A stretch of DNA of 64,000 bases from Rotaria socialis. Taxonomy: Eukaryota. Shown piece after piece: positions 12,526 through 25,800 of this stretch (the stretch's first letter is position 1; the number at the start of each line of letters is the position of its first letter). Made by a program: the position numbers and the translations under genes. The stretch covers positions 496,001-560,000 of the forward strand of contig CAJNYD010000012.1 of the NCBI GenBank assembly GCA_905331295.1. The letters run 5' to 3'. The notes below the pieces were generated by a model. The model ran no database searches. It was not told where the DNA came from and worked only from the letters and a program-made list of their open reading frames with translations.

Positions 12526-15500
12526 TTATTCTTTCAATCGAGATGTTGGTCGTTGATCTAAAATAATCGAAATCGACATTTCAATTCCTGTCCTATTTTA
12601 TTTGACTAACTTGTAGGCTTAGAGCTCGACCCTGTTCGCGGCTTTTCTAATGTATTTGCTGTTTTCTCTGATATTGACTGTTGCAATTGTTGAATTGATT
12701 GTAAATCGAACGATTCTTTTGGTTCACGTTCTCTTAGTTGTTGAAAACGTAGCAAAGGACTTTTTTGCGTCAGTAATATTTCTATGGATTGATATTCAGA
12801 TGATTTCGTCGAAATATCATTCATACCCTTTAAAAAATAAATCTTTTTTGTAAACCATCGAGAAACATCTTATTGAGAAAGAAGAACGTTGATCAATTCA
12901 AATTTTTCATTCTCAAATCTAATGTATTGAAATTTTCTTTCGAAATCAACTTAATGTATGATAACAAAAATTATAACAATTATTAGACATTGATTATAGA
13001 ATAAACAAGAGTCATTTTCATACTTTAGATTTGTTTTAAATAAGTTTTAAATTTCTTTGTGAATAAAATTCTAAATATAAAACTGATCAAGTTTATTATA
13101 CATACGTCTATCGTGAGTGTTGCCTTAAATCTAACTCAAAATTTTACAGATGACTCTTGTAAAAAAAAATATCTATGAGAGATACTCAATTTTTCTCTGT
13201 TGCCAAGTGCCTGAAATCGTTGTTTATATTTCATAGATTGAAAAATATGTTTTCACCTTTAATTCAAGCCGACAAAGACCAGAAAAGTTCATTAATGGAG
13301 CTGTTGCTGTTGAAGATAAATTGAATATATCATTGGCATTTGTAAATGCCGATTGTTGTTCAAGTGAAAGAAGAAATTCTCGAACACTATCTATTGTTAG
13401 ATAATTTCCTTAAAGAAAAATTTAATTTTTTTCTTCAGGAATATAATTTTTGCAAAATTTTATGATTACGTGATAAATTTAAGCTTAGAAGAACGAAGTT
13501 TCCTCTCAACCACATTTCACCATCTTGTGATTCAAATTCATTTGTTTCAAGTAATGGATTTTCACGTTCGTTTCCTTGAATCGGTAACAATACTGACTGT
13601 GGAATAAAAAAACCAGAATAGAATTCAGGTAACTTATTTTTCTTAAATTATTTTAAAAGAAAATTTCCAGCAAACAAGAAGAAGAAGAAGAAGAAAAAAG
13701 AACACAAAACAGAGCATTGAATACTTTTCCTGATAATGACAAATCATTTGAACGACCCTAATGATTAAATAAAACTTAAGATTTGTTTCATTTTCTTCGA
13801 CGGATTCAAAAGAACAATAATATAGAACAAAAGCAAGGTTAGTGAATATTGATTTACAGTTATGAATAACATAGAATATAAAATCGATTTCACTTACAAA
13901 GAAATCGAGTAGAATACTCAAATAATTGAGTGCTTCCTGTAGGATATATGCATATAATGTGCATGTTAAATTGTGGTTTGCAAGAAAATATAAAATAGAA
14001 GAATTTATTTACTTGTTCGGCTGCATCTTCATCTTCTTCTTTGACTATTGAAATATTCTTTTTTGTTGTTACATTAGCAGTAGTTGCTACTTTTCTTATA
14101 CGTGAAGGACCAGGTGTTTTAGACTGATCTATGGAAAAGAATTTTTACAAACAAGAATTTTCTACATAAAAACATGAATTTTCTCTTACCTGAATCTTTG
14201 TTACTTGCATTTGATGTACTAGCAGTTGTACGACGAGATGTACTACCGGTTGCTGGAGATGCATTGAGCACTGATGAGCGTCCACTACTACCTTCGTTTC
14301 GTCCTCGTCTTAAATCACCTTTGTTTTCTGATGGTGGACGATTTTCATCTGAAAAATCAAATAAAGAATTCTAATTAATCAATATGAGTATCGTGCGTCT
14401 TTACCAGATTCATTGCGATTGCGTTTTTCCTAAAGTTTAAAGGAACTCGATAAAGTATTAGAAACGACGGGAAAAAAATCAGTTATACTACATTTTGTGA
14501 GGTTCTTCCTGTATTTATTTTTCGTTTATTTGGATCTGCCACACGTTTAAAATCGCCACGACTAGTTCGTCCTGATTTACTTTTTGTTGATACATTTGAA
14601 GGAGTCGGTGAATTAGTCTTAAATAATAAATATTATTATTACTTTTTTCTATTAATAATTAAATGATTTCTAACTGACATGAACTCGAAATTCATCTAGA
14701 TGTGTTTCAGCATAACGTTTAAGTATTATACGTCGACGTTGAATGATTTCTTCTGGTGTCAGTACAATTCTTCGAAGAACCTATTCATTGAATTTTATTT
14801 TATTAAAAAATTAATAAATTTTATGGTTAAAATAAAAACAAATTATTCAAAAACAAAAAGCAATATTTTCAAATTTACTCTAAACGGAATAACACATATC
14901 ATTATTTTAGACTATGTTTGATAAAATACACGCCCGGCTATTTTCTATCAAACAAAGTCAATACAATTAAAATCGATTAGTAGGAAAAACTAAACGAAAA
15001 ACCTACCCTTCTTTATATCTAAAGAAATATTTTATAAAGATAATATTTACTATTGCAATGAAATACTTACTAATGCCAAGGGAAGAGCACCTTTATCATT
15101 AATGAAATTCGATGAAAGATTGAGAGATATTAATGTTCTGTTATAACGTAATGCCTGAGAAACAAAATTTTTTTGAATTGAAACAAATAAGTATTTTGTT
15201 TACTGCTGCTAAAGATTGAGCACCAATATCACCAATTCGATTTCCACTTAAATTAAGTGTTAGCAATTTCCAATTTTGTCTTGAAATGTTACCAAGAGCA
15301 CGAGCAATTCGTTCAACACCTTTATCAGTAATATTACAATAACGAAGAGATAATTGACTAATTCTATAGAAATTGAACATATTAGTTGAAAGAAAAGCGC
15401 ATAGATAATTTATTACTTTGAGTCATCTTTTTCAATTAAAAGATGAAAACATTCTGCTGCTATCGGATTTCCATCGAGAGAAATATTCCTATGAAAGATT

Positions 15501-16633
15501 ATAAAATTATTTTTCACTATTTTTCTGTTTTCTACTGCGCATTTTTTCCATTATAGTTATACTTGATAATGAAGTAAAAATCAAATTTAATCAACTGTGT
15601 GCTTTATATATAAGATTGATTATTAAAATTAAAAAGAAAAAACTTACTTCAAATTTTTTATTACTTGACATAACTCAACTAATCCATAAATAGTCTTGTC
15701 ATTAAGACCAACATAACAGAAACTAAATTTCGAGAACAGGTGAATAGAGAAAAAGTGAGAATGATATTTATGAAGTGTAAGTTACTCAAGTGTATGCAGT
15801 TGTTCTTGTAAAGGTAGAATTTTTTTCAAAATATCAATAAAACGTTGGTCAAGTTTCCAAGCTAGGTATAGAAAAATAATAGGGAGACGTACAAAACTTT
15901 TATAAAACAAAATACATCGCATATAAAGAGCTGTTATTTGATCGATGGATTCTGTTTCATTGTTGACTGAATCTGCCAATAATTTAGGTCGATAGAACTC
16001 ACTATCTGGAATAAGATGAAAACTTTTATAGGACGGTGAAGGAACTTTGGATTGTTCTTGTCCTATATAAGAGAAAAATTATCTAGGTTATCTATACGAT
16101 AATGAATGTACCTGCAACACTAAAGGATCTGTTGTCACTATCGGCGCCTGTTATTCCTATTAAAATTCCACTTTGACTAACAGAGGGCACTCTTGCGCGA
16201 GATGTTTTCTTTCCTATTGTTGATAGTTGCTCTTCAGCAAGACCACCAGCAACTACTGATGGAGTAACTGACGCTCCAGATGGTGCTACTGTTTGCGATT
16301 GTTGTTGTTGTTGTTGCTGCTGCTGTTGACTTTGGGATGTAGCAGATTGAATTTGTGCGGATTGTGTTGGATTACCGCGAATGTAAACAGGAATAGTTAT
16401 AGGATAAGTTAAAGATGGTTCGCGACAGCATTGTTCTAAATCAGCAGCAAATTTACCAACAAACTGCTGAGTCTCTACAGAAAATAGAAGATATACATTT
16501 GCATAAAAAAAGATAGATAGATTTATTGACCTTGCTCTGGTACTGATCCAGCACCGGTTATACCTAATACACTAGGGCCACTTAATGATATTTTACTTCC
16601 TTTACTAATGTTGTCTGCTCGTTTTGGTCCCAT
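12526..16633 (-). CDS. LRRC71: Leucine-rich repeat protein LRRC71-like, multi-exon
   Basis: ATG at 16633 (MGPKRAD...). RI-like LRRs (ISLDGNP, LSLRYCNITDKG, LNLSGNRIGDIGAQSLAAALRYNRTLISLNLSSNFINDKGA) are followed by VLRRIVLTPEEIIQRRR, as in LRRC71. Last exon ...NQRPTSRLKE* ends at 12526. Confidence 0.8.
16298..16330 (-). repeat. (CAA/CAG)n tract encoding poly-Gln within the LRRC71-like CDS
   Basis: tgttgttgttgttgttgctgctgctgttg on the + strand, in frame in an exon. Confidence 0.8.
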
Positions 16634-18354
16634 GATATATGAATCCGATAAGAAGACAATCGAGTAGTATAAAATCTGTGTAATCTCTATACCATTCTAA
16701 CTTCAATACACCCTTGATACACCCTCCACCCTATAGAACCATAATATATAACAAATAACAGATGGCGCTCATTTGATGCAGTTCAAAATAACTAGAATTG
16801 TGCCTATTTGCTCTCGATGAATGAAAAAAAAGAATTGTACGTCGGTTTATTTCAATTATTTAGAACATTTCAAAATATCAAAATCTTTTAAGATGATAAT
16901 TTATATTATATAGTAAATAATACATAGAACTGAATATAGTTCACTTATTACTAATATATTTCAATATTATTCTTAATAATGTAACGCTCGTTTATAATTG
17001 CTTCGTACAATATGAAAGTTCATATTTTTATGTAACCATGAATAAACCTATTTTGAAATCAGTTTTCAAAAACATGAAGACGACATGTGAAGTAAAAAGT
17101 ATTTTCATGATTAAAACAAAGGAAGCTGACCAGTTGATATATTTCTAATAAGAATTTTTGCATTCAATGCTTTGTCACTCAAAAAATAGGATAAATAAAC
17201 TTCAAACGTATCGTTGTTATGCTGTCGTGCTAGTCATTTTCGAGTCGACGGTGAGAATATTTACTGTTGACATAAAAAGTTTTTGATACAATTTTACTGA
17301 TTATCGCATGACAACTACGTGCATAATACAATTGAGCACTTATTATTTGTCAACGTGACAAATTACAGTATAAATATTTAAGAACTTCAGTGATTTTGAC
17401 TAGCGAATATTTAATTTGAAATCAATGAATTATGTTGTGTCGTTAGTTGTTTGGTACACTATACTATGTAGTGGATGTTTAATATTAATTTTGCAACATA
17501 AAAGAGAAATGTAAATAGAAATTTTGATAAATTTTTGCAACGAAATCATTCAGAGATGATGTAATTAGTAAACATAATGATTTATAGTAATAGTTTAAAA
17601 TGACAGGAAAAAACTTTGTCATCAAACTATTGTCTTCCAGCATGAAACTTAATTGTATTGTTAATATTCTAATTATATTTATGATTTAATCCATCTGGTG
17701 ATTGTCTCACAACTGACTATGAAGAAAAACGATTTTGAAACTATAGAATTATCTTTGATAGTTCACAATTTAGCACTTCATCTTCTACAATCTTACAGTA
17801 AAACGTTGCTGTTGACTGCATCAATATAACTATCCTGATCGTTTCAATTTCAACGGAATATATTTTGGTATTGGTACATTTATATTTTAATCATTGGTTA
17901 CTAAGTATTGCCGATACCAATATATAACTATGTAAAGAGGAAAAAATAAAAAAAAGTGAAAATCTATCGATCGCTCCGAAACTATGATTAATTATAATCT
18001 TCTTGACAAATATGTTTTTGTTAATCATTCAAATTAAATAATCTTAAGGAGCTTTTGCAACACGTTAGAATGTTCAAATAAATTATATTATCTATTGACA
18101 GGCAGGAGTGTTTCCTGTAGATTTTGAATTTAACAAAAAAAAATCTTCTACAATTTTCTTACCAATATTGTTTGATGCATCTTCTTTAAAAGATCAATAG
18201 AAAAAAGTAGATGTTAAGTTTGCGCCGGGAATATATATATATATATATGCATATTTATTCAAAAACAGAGAAATAGAGAAAACTAAAGGCGAATAGAAAA
18301 GAAAAAAAAACAGATAGATAAACAACAACTTGCTCTTTCATCAATAGTATATTT

Positions 18355-21300
18355 TCACAATTTCACTTGACTACCTAATCCAGTAGCAAACAATACTTGT
18401 TTATGTTTTCTATTTTTCTTTTTAGTCGTGGCCTTGCTTGTGGTTTCATCGAGTTTTGATGCAAGATTTTCTTCATCATTTACTATACAAAAGCAAAACA
18501 TTTTTATTTCTTATGAAAGTAAAATATTAATAGAATACAAACCAAGCTTAAGCTGCTCAAAAACTCCTTCAAGACTAAAGCTTGAATGAAAATTCGGTGT
18601 AGCTGCATAATATGCTTCATCTTCATTAATATGATCTTCGTCACTTTCATAATTGTCTTTTTTGTTTTGTTTATTTTTCTTTTTTTTCGAAATTTCGGCA
18701 ACTGCAATTTTCTCACTAGTTGATTTATTGGTTGTAGATGGTTTCAGTACAGGCGGAGCTTGCTGCTTAAGCATTTGAGCAAATGAAACAGTCGTTGGAG
18801 GTGACAAATTTTCATCGAATGATTGAATAGATGCTGATGTTGCACTACTAATCATGGCTGGAAATTCTTCCATTGAATTTGTTCCATTTACAGGAAAAGT
18901 TTCTTGTGGTATATACATCATTTCAGGCGGATCTTTGGAATAAAACAAAAGTTAAAATTAAATTTTCATTTGAATATTCAAAGTTTATGTACATTGAGAA
19001 AATAGTTTTTGACTCTCAACGAATTCTGCTTGTTGTTGTCTTCTTTTTTCTAGGCGTTCTTTTCGTGTACGCAATTGACGACGCCGATGAATTTCATCTA
19101 AATTTTAGATAAAAGAATTTGAAAAAATTAATAATACAGCAGCAAAAATTTTACCGTTGAACACTTGCATTGTTGTTGGAGAGATCATAGGTGGATTAAG
19201 ACGAACTTCTATAACTTGAAACTCACATGTCAATGGTAAATGACTTATTGAACGAAATTGTGATCGAAATTCCTTTAGTTGAGTAAGAAAAAAATATTTA
19301 ATTGTTAAAAAATATTGTTTCTATATTTAAAACTAACTCCAGTCATAAAAAAACTTTCGATGGCTTCAACTCGAACACGCAGTTCATCAGGGCATTGTTG
19401 ATAACAGCCATATTCATGCAATAAAATTCGCGTATTTAAACCATTTAAATATGCATGATAGATATCATCAGCTAGAATAAAAGTATTTTTTGTTAATATT
19501 TTCATTCGAGAAAATTCACTCACCTTTATAAAAGTAGTAACGACTTGGTGATACATTGGATGACACTGATGCTGCTGCACACAAAAGACTTGTGTCTGTT
19601 TAAAAAAAACAGAGATGAATATACAAAGAGATTTATCCACACGAAAATACAAACCAGTAGGTAAACATGCGTTTGAAGCAGAGTTTTGTTCGGTAATAAT
19701 ATTCAAATTTTCTTCTTGTTTTGAATCTACGACATCATCAAAAGCATTGTCATAAGTTAATGTAGGCTAAAAATAAAATTATAAGTACTATGCAAATTTG
19801 AATGCTAATTATAATCGAAAAAATCACGTTAATAAAACGTATGGAAAACTGCATGAGATTTGTTCTTATAGAAATTCATTAATAGAGTATGTTCTTGCTT
19901 TTAAGATTATGCAAGTATGTTAACAAACAAATAAATAAACATGAATATTAAGAATAGAAAAAAATATTTCCGCCATTGATCGATATGACTCCAAATTGGA
20001 AGTGAAATCAACATATTCATTCTGATAGTAGATGGTAATAAACGCACATAATCAAATAACATTCAACTTAGTATACTTCCTTAATTTACTAGGAAAGAAA
20101 AGTTCAATTTTTTGTCCAATTTAAGACTAATATTTAGTTTGGGAATGAAAAATAGATATTCTACTCTTCCATTATTTGTTCGTTTTATCTAACGAGCATA
20201 CAATACAATGGCATTACCAGTATTAAGATCTATCATGAAAGCACAATACTTGATATTGTCGGTCTATGTTCAGAATTTTTTTTCAGTTTCACGATGTCAA
20301 AATGTATTTTTAGTTTAATCAAGTTCAAAACAGTGATCTTTCAGTGTGTAATATGGCTTAAGGATTAGAATTTCTTTACAATGTAAATGTGTTTATAGAT
20401 GCAACATCTCATGAAGAGGGTATTCTACGCGTTTAACAAAGTATTAAGACAATTTTTGTTTTGTGATTATGTTCATGTATTTTCCATACTTTCTTTGGTA
20501 GTAAATTTTCTTCTTCTTTGATTGGTTTCGATGTTAATTTAATCTCATTCATCCTATTTGTTTGTTCCATTCGTTGTCGAATAAGTGCTTCTCTTTCCTA
20601 TAAACAACAAAGAAAAAACGATAATCAAGAAGAAAATAATATTTAAAATTTACATTATTTTCTTCGAGAGCTTGTTTAATAAAACAAACTTCCGGTTGGT
20701 CTCCATCATCTTCTAATTGTTTCAATAATTCAAATTTTTCTTTTTCAATTATTTCACTTAAAATTGTTTCATCATCAGCCGATAATAAATGAGCATACTG
20801 TTGTGTATTTGCTTTCATTATAAGATGTTCTGGTTCAGATTTTAATACTATATTACTGAAATCCCGTTTTGGATAAAAAAGTACTGAACCACGTTCACGG
20901 CACATTAAACGAAATGTAATCCAATCACCTGGTTTTAAAGATCGCGAAATTATTCCACGAACACTAAAATTATTAAAAATACAGATATTATAAAAAGTTC
21001 ATTCGTATTTGAAGACCTTCGAATATCTTGTTTGTAAATTGATTCTGAACAAACAGGACATTTTCTCCAAGGTTTATCACTTAATGCTAAATAGTGTAGT
21101 AAACATGACCAACAATATACATGTCCACAACGTGTAATTTTTCCTGCTTGTGGTTCAGATAAGCAGATGGGACATTTAAGTGTATGCATTGAATGCAGAC
21201 GAACTTGTTCAACACGTGACCAATCAATAGCTAAATCGGGATCAGTAAAATGAACTGAATAATCATTGGAACTTGCTTGAACAATAAATTGACAACTAAA

Positions 21301-22814
21301 AGTGTTTTTTATGAGAAAAAAAAGAATTGTTTTTACAACTAATGTCGATTTACTTTGCTTGAAGGAATTGTTCTTTCGAAAATGATTGTCTACTCGATGA
21401 ATTTCCATTAGTTGACCATTTATTATTTGAATAATAATTTGAATTCAATGATCGACGATTACCACGTACATTAACACGTTGTTTATCAAGATAATGAAAA
21501 TTAAGTAAATGACTCATATTTGTCTTTTTTGCACCAATACCACCACGTTTACTTCTATATTGGTCATCAAAATCAACGAGTTCATTAGGACCGCCATCAA
21601 GATTTTCATCATCCACATCAACAAAATCAAAATTTTCGTTCGTTTCTTTCTATTAAAAAGAAAAGGTTGTTCATTAAAAAGATCCGTTAGAATCACAGAC
21701 CGAAACGAATGACAAAAATATCATTCGGTCCGATTCTGCTCTTCTGGTGTCTCAAAATTTTCATACCATTAGGTTCCGGTTTTCAAGACCGGGATTCGGA
21801 TTCGATTCGGCTTTCCCGGCCACTCAAAAGTTTAATTCAATTCGATTTGGCTAAAAAAACGAAATCGAATCGAATTGATTTTTTCATTTTTCCAGCCGAG
21901 TCGAATCGAATTAAAATTTTGGGTGATCGGGAAAGCCGACTCGAGTCCGAATCCCGGTCTTGAAAATCGGAACCTAATTGTATGAAAATTTTGAGACACC
22001 AGAAGAGCAGAATCGAATCCGAATCCATGTCCGGAAAAGGCAAATCGGGCCGAATGATATTTTTGTCATTCGTTTCGGTCTCTGGTTAGAATTCGAAAAA
22101 AAATTCATGATGGATGAATGAGTTGGTTTTATTGTTCACTTCCAACTTGACCTGAGTATCAGAAACCCAAAAGATATTTTAGGTTGACGTATAACCATTC
22201 TCAATTGCATTTAAACTATATCATGATTTTAATTAAAGATCAATGCATGAGTGAAACGCTCAGAAAACTTGATGGCGTTTGATTGATTTTCGTAAGCTAT
22301 TTTATGAGCGAAAATTACGCAAGTCTAGTATAGCTAATCCTTTTTTAAGCTTTTCACGACAAAATTTATTCGGCTATTCTCAGTTTTTTATTTACATTTC
22401 ATATAAATGCAGTGTGTTATCAACAAACCAAACATTGTATTGTCGGAGTATCGTGAAGTCGCAAAAAGAACTCACTCGATAAACATTGCTTTGCACATCA
22501 TTTTGAAATCTCGAATTGACAGCATCTCGTTGTTGTCGACTGTAATTATTTCCTCGATATTGTTTTTGTTGTTGAACTTCTTTATTATATCCACGTGAAT
22601 TTAATTTATTATATTTTGGTGAAGCAGTCAACTCACCACCACTGCCACCACAATTTACTACATATGAAATATAATCTACACGTATATTATTTATATATAT
22701 TCTTTTGCTCTTACCGTTGTTTGATTTTTTTCGACTAACAATATTGTTGCTGTTTGCTCCTCCTCCAGCACTATATTGTCGTTGCTCATTATTGTTGTTA
22801 ATATTGTCAACCAT
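18355..22814 (-). CDS. RNF10: RING finger E3 ubiquitin ligase RNF10 (Mag2 family), multi-exon
   Basis: SHLLNFHY, FSKEQFLQANCQFIV, DPDLAIDWSRVEQV, RING CPICL...KITRCGHVYCWSCLLHYLALSDKPWRKCPVC, MEEFP, SFAQML, APNFHSSFS and C-terminal KKKNRKHKQVLFATG; stop at 18355-18357. First in-frame ATG is 22814, but the frame is open further upstream (see findings). Confidence 0.92.
21694..22084. mobile_element. hAT-type MITE (391 bp, near-palindromic) in RNF10 intron 2
   Basis: Termini CACAGACCGAAACGAATGACAAAAATATCATTCGG... and ...CCGAATGATATTTTTGTCATTCGTTTCGGTCTCTG. Perfect 8-bp target duplication GTTAGAAT at 21686-21693 and 22085-22092, matching nTnnnnAn. Confidence 0.9.
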
Positions 22815-25800
22815 TTGCCTTGTAGCCAGATAATTGGTTTTGTTGTGGAAAGAGTTATTTTCGGCTTTATCTTCCTGTTCTTGCTGCTTAATAATTGTTT
22901 GTTGGTTTTGCTGTAGATTGATGCTTTCGTAATCTTCGTAATCATCGCTTGTTTCACAAAAAATGTTTACCGGCCATAATGATAATAAAGAGAAATTCAA
23001 TGAATTGTTCTGATGATTGTTGGTGTGTTTTGAATTACTTGAAGTTGAATATGAAGACAGATTTGTAAAATAATCCACAGCTACTCGAAGAGTATGAAGC
23101 CAAATATATAATAAACTGGTTGACTGATGCTCCGAATTAATTAATCACTTCTATCTAGCACTGTAATGTCACAGTACTAGTTAAAATGCTCACAAAATAA
23201 TAACAGAAATTGATAGACTCAAAAGAAAATATAAATAAACAACAATCGTCAACAATCATATGAGGACATAGTCCATATTTTGGTATTGCGAAATTTTTGT
23301 CGACAATAAAATTAAAATGTTGAACTTTTTTCGAAAAAGCACTGGAAATAATTATAATTTCTATTCTTAAAATTTCAGAAAACGTTTATATCCTGTTATC
23401 ATTATGTAGTGACATCTAGAGATCAGATAAATTACATGTAATGTAATATAATATATATTGCCTCAGTCACGGTGAATTTTCCAAGTAACAACAATATAAA
23501 CCTGGATACTGTCACTAACGAATAGTGCGCTATCCTTATTATGCCCTCAATTTTTTCGAACGATCATACTATGAAGATTTCTTAATAAATAACAAAGTCA
23601 CTGGTAAAAACTATAAATGATATAATTCGAATTCAATCTATGATGTTATAAGACTTGTAAGTGAGGGTCTGCGTAATATCTAATAAGTAGAATTCTGAAT
23701 TAAAAAAGCAGCTCACAAGGATTTGATTCTGTAAGTATTAACTTCTTGAAAAATGCACAGAATTCTAAAATCTGACGATTAGTCATTCTGAAACTGCTGG
23801 GAAAATAATGTGTGTTTTCTCATTGGAATAAGAAATTCGTGAGGTTAAGTGAGATAAACTTTCTGATATGTTTGAAATTAATAATCGGATCGAGTTATAA
23901 TTAAAATAATTAAAAATATCGAAAAGCAAGTGATTATTCATAGAGAAAAAATGATTGAATATTTTAACTTTCTTCTTATCAATTGATTTCTATTTTCAAA
24001 TAATTAATTTTATATAAAAGAATATTTGTTTTCTTAATAAACATGCGCACTTTATCTTCTGCGCGAATTTTTCTTTTTATCCGAAAAATCAGAAAAATGA
24101 ACAATACAAGTATAATCCAGATATGATTATAAGTCAAAAATTATAACTAATTGAAGACTTTCTTAGAGAAGTCTAATGGATCATAGGTTATCGACGTGCT
24201 GATTCCAAATATAACCACGAGAAATATTATCAACTTAAGAAATCTTTATATTTCGAGAAAAATGATTGATAAATACTGTTTTTAATGTATCTAGATTATA
24301 CAACATGTGAAACGATCTCGAGAACAAGATATCTTTCTTATTGAAATTAATATACTTTAAGAAAATAAATTATTCCGTCTCATAATTTCATATCATATAT
24401 ACATATAAATATTTCACATTAGCAATCCTCAGAATGATATTGGAAATCAATATAATTCATAAGTTGAAGTACACTTCCTCTCAGTGAGAAACAAATTGAT
24501 CAGTTCATAGTGTTCCTATGTTAATTTAGGCAATGAAAAATACGTTAAATACTACAATTAAAACTATTAAACTTCATATTAAAAGATATTGATGTTTTGA
24601 ATACATGAGAAACTCGTCTTATTATAAAACAGAATATGATTGATATATAATTCGATATCTTTCATTATATCAATTCTCTGTGGTATGTGTTTGATCTTGA
24701 TAACGATGATTTGAATAACTGTTTTCAATAAAATAATAATTCTGATTAAGATAATACTTCTACATAAAATATTATGAAGGTCAATATGATGCTAAAATTA
24801 TTTTTGTTCTTCTTTAAATTTTCCATAGACAAAAATTATACTGCTATTTTTATAGCTAAATACTCGTGTCATTGATTCATTATTCCCACAATGGACACTC
24901 TTCAATCAATTATTTATGAATAGTACTGGAGGATCCCTGGCACCTTCTCGATGTTCTTGTTATTAAGAATGATTTAACTCAAGCAAGACAGAAGAGTGAC
25001 CATGAGGATGAAAGAAATAAAGCATCAACGAATGTGACTTGAATAAACAAATATCACCGAGAGTTAAGTGAGGTGAGTCAAGCAATGTAACATGCGACTG
25101 TAGTAAATGGAGTTAAAGAAGCGAATAAAAAATAGAATATTTATAATGTTGTGTTAGCATGGTATTTAGATACACCGTCACCAAAACTGAATAATCTACG
25201 AGTGTTTACTTTGATCAACCAGCATAGGTAGAATTTTTTTTTCGGCTAGTCTGCTATTTAGATGTCTTTTTTATTCAGACTTCGACGGGTACTATTCTTT
25301 TTAGATTATGATTTTTCGCATGTATCAGATACGCTTGTTGTTTTCTTCTAAAAAATCAATATAGGATATTTATGTAAAAATCAGGTAAGGATAAGATAGA
25401 TCAGATTGCAGGTCTCTCTTGAAAGTTATTTCTGGGACCTAAGTGTTACATTTCTTGCTCTATTGAGATAACTATCGATCATTTATTCAGTTATTGTTCT
25501 TGATAACAATTAAGGGTACTAGATTATTACTACTGTATGATTAGTAATAATTAATCAAAATTTCAAAGCAATAAAAGTATGAAGCAATACATTTTTTGTA
25601 CGAAGTGAATTCATAGTCCTTTAATAAGAAAGAATAAAACATTATTAAATAAAAACGACGTTTTCTTATTTATGTATGCAATCAACATGCATGTTTCTTT
25701 TTGAAGTTTTTCACGTTGTCGCAATTCTTCTTCTATATGTTCGTTTGATTCACTTAATATTGGGCACTTCTGATTTGTTTGATGTATTTTATATTTTAAT

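Noticed and set aside
21709..22043. Similar ORFs on opposite strands (84 and 68 aa)
   Set aside because: By-products of the palindromic MITE.
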